The notes below the pieces were generated by a model, which was given only the letters and a program-made list of their open reading frames with translations, searched no databases and had not been told where the DNA came from. From Acidimicrobiia bacterium (GTDB lineage Bacteria; Actinomycetota; Acidimicrobiia; Spongiisociales; ZC4RG35): DNA of 64,000 bases. Position 1 is the first letter of the stretch. Every line of letters starts with the position of its first letter. The DNA is taken from positions 1,024,001 to 1,088,000 of the forward strand of contig CBDBCY010000004.1 in the NCBI GenBank assembly GCA_965203555.1, written 5' to 3'. The translations under genes and the position numbers were made by a program. Shown one piece after another: positions 62,087 to 64,000 of this stretch.

Positions 62087-64000
62087 ATGCAACCGAACCC
62101 GATCTCCCCCGAGCCTGAAGACCTGCCAACCCCCTTCCCCGACGACGACTTCCCGGGAGTGATAGGACCGGACTTTCGCACGTCGACACCCTGGTGGCCG
62201 CCCATGGAGAACGACGCCCGCGGCAAGCCCGACGTGGTGGTGGTGGTGCTCGACGACGTCGGCTTCGCCGGGCTGGGATGCTACGGGGCGGAGATCGACA
62301 CGCCCACCATCGACTCTCTGGCCGAGGGCGGCGTGCGGTTCAACGACTTCAACGTCACTCCCCTGTGTTCCCCCACCCGGGCCTGCCTGCTCACCGGGCG
62401 AAACCACCACAGCGTCGGGATGGCCTATCTCTCCAACGTCGACTCGGGCTTCCCCGGCTACCGGGGCCGGGTCACCGAGTCGGCCGCCACCATCGCCGAG
62501 GTCCTGCAGGACGCCGGTTACGGCACCCTGGCCATCGGCAAATGGCACCTCGCACCCCTGGAGGAGACCACCGCGGTCGGCCCCTACCACCAGTGGCCCC
62601 TGGGACGCGGTTTCGGCCGCTACTACGGGTTCCTGGACGCCCTGACCGATCATTTCTATCCCGACGTCGTGGAGGACAACCACCGGGTGGACCCGCCCGC
62701 AAGGCCCGAGGACGGTTACCACCTCACCGAGGACCTGATCGATCACGCCATTTCATACATAAGAGACCAGGTCTCGGTCAAGCCCGAACAACCCTTCTTC
62801 CTCTACCTGGCCTTCGGAACCGCCCACTGTCCCCACCAGGCGCCCCAAGAGTTTCTCGACAAATACCGCGGCCGCTACGACGAGGGATGGGATGTGATCC
62901 GCCAGCGCCGCTTCCAACAACAGAAAGAACTCGGGATCATCCCCCCCGACGCCGCCCTGGCGCCCCTCAACCCCGGTGTGGAGGAGTGGGCCGACCTGAC
63001 CCCCGACCAGCAGCGACTGTTCGCCCGCTTCCAGGAGGCCTATGCGGCGATGCTCGACCACACCGACGCTGAACTGGGCAGGCTGGTGGCGTTTCTCGAC
63101 TCGATCGGGAGGCTGGACAACACCATCGTGGTGGTGCTTTCCGACAACGGGGCCAGCCAGGAGGGCGGACCGGACGGCGGCGCCGACATCGTCACCTACG
63201 AGGAGGACCGGTTCTGCACGGTGGAGTTCAACCTGGAACGGTTCGACACCATCGGCGGTCCGCGCTCGCAGACCAACATCCCCTGGGGATGGGCGCAGGC
63301 CGCCAACACTCCCCTGCGGTGGTACAAGCAGAACACCTACGCCGGCGGGGTGCGGACGCCGCTGGTCATCTCCTGGCCGGAGGGGATCTCCGACGTCGGC
63401 GCGGTGCGGGCCCAGTTCGTGCACGCCATCGACATCGCCCCCACCCTGTTCGACCTGGTCGGGGTGACCCCCAAGGCTTCCTACCAAGGCGTGGAACAGA
63501 TGCCCTATCACGGCGCCAGCATCCGAGAGGTCCTCGACGACGCCTCCTCGCCGCCTGCCCGCGACCGCCAGTACTTCGAGATGATCGGCCACCGCGCCAT
63601 GTGGCAGGACGGATGGAAGGCGCTGGCCCGCCATCGTCGGAACGAACCCTTCGAGAACGACCCCTGGGAGTTGTACCACATCGACACCGACTTCTCTGAA
63701 GTGCGGGACGTCGCCGCCGACCACCCTGACGTGCTTTCCGACCTGGTCGGCCAATGGACCGAGGAGGCCGGGCAATATTCGGTGTTTCCCCTCGACGACC
63801 GCTACCTGGCCGTCCGCGCCTCCACCTTCCAGACCCCCGGGTCCCCCCGCGCCCGGGACACCTTCACCTACCTGGGAGGCGCCACCCGCGTCCCCGGAGG
63901 CGTCACGCCCATCATCTTCAACCGTTCCTTCTCGATCACCGCCCGGGTCGACCCGCTCACCGACTCCGACCAGGGAGTCCTGGTGGCGGTGGGCGACACC
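62087..64000 (+). CDS. Arylsulfatase (formylglycine-dependent), runs off the window edge
   Basis: Manual translation gives LDDVGF, CSPTRACLLTG, GKWHL, SDNG. Confidence 0.93.
   Translation, partial: MQPNPISPEPEDLPTPFPDDDFPGVIGPDFRTSTPWWPPMENDARGKPDVVVVVLDDVGFAGLGCYGAEIDTPTIDSLAEGGVRFNDFNVTPLCSPTRACLLTGRNHHSVGMAYLSNVDSGFPGYRGRVTESAATIAEVLQDAGYGTLAIGKWHLAPLEETTAVGPYHQWPLGRGFGRYYGFLDALTDHFYPDVVEDNHRVDPPARPEDGYHLTEDLIDHAISYIRDQVSVKPEQPFFLYLAFGTAHCPHQAPQEFLDKYRGRYDEGWDVIRQRRFQQQKELGIIPPDAALAPLNPGVEEWADLTPDQQRLFARFQEAYAAMLDHTDAELGRLVAFLDSIGRLDNTIVVVLSDNGASQEGGPDGGADIVTYEEDRFCTVEFNLERFDTIGGPRSQTNIPWGWAQAANTPLRWYKQNTYAGGVRTPLVISWPEGISDVGAVRAQFVHAIDIAPTLFDLVGVTPKASYQGVEQMPYHGASIREVLDDASSPPARDRQYFEMIGHRAMWQDGWKALARHRRNEPFENDPWELYHIDTDFSEVRDVAADHPDVLSDLVGQWTEEAGQYSVFPLDDRYLAVRASTFQTPGSPRARDTFTYLGGATRVPGGVTPIIFNRSFSITARVDPLTDSDQGVLVAVGDT

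Overview
High-GC bacterial window, probably from an actinobacterium. Lipoproteins with TTAAPE-repeat linkers, a DUF222-HNH gene and VapBC pairs suggest Acidimicrobiia, possibly host-associated (inference). Most of the window is a quaternary-amine catabolic region. It carries L-carnitine dehydrogenase/thioesterase, a BKACE cleavage enzyme, acyl-CoA enzymes, two glycine-betaine-type ABC transporters, a corrinoid methyl-transfer module (non-pyrrolysine MttB family, corrinoid protein, CH3-THF methyltransferase, ASKHA activator), a homocysteine methyltransferase, MetF, and a dimethylglycine/sarcosine dehydrogenase with ETF. A defence operon at 25442-33929 sits inside it: a Type IIG/Eco57I-like N6-adenine methyltransferase, a RAMA-domain protein and a PLD-SNF2 helicase. 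The most striking feature is within the methyltransferase gene, which has three slippage-prone repeats: C10, (GCGGAGG)7 and (GA)18. The last two are each followed by tandem, diverged copies of one protein segment, each copy in a different reading frame (2 copies, then 3 copies). Repeat length would therefore decide which variant segment is translated. This looks like a frame-encoded, recombinase-free specificity switch rather than simple ON/OFF phase variation. The cassette layout is directly visible in the sequence, but its function is inference. All product calls come from motif recognition by eye, with no database searches.
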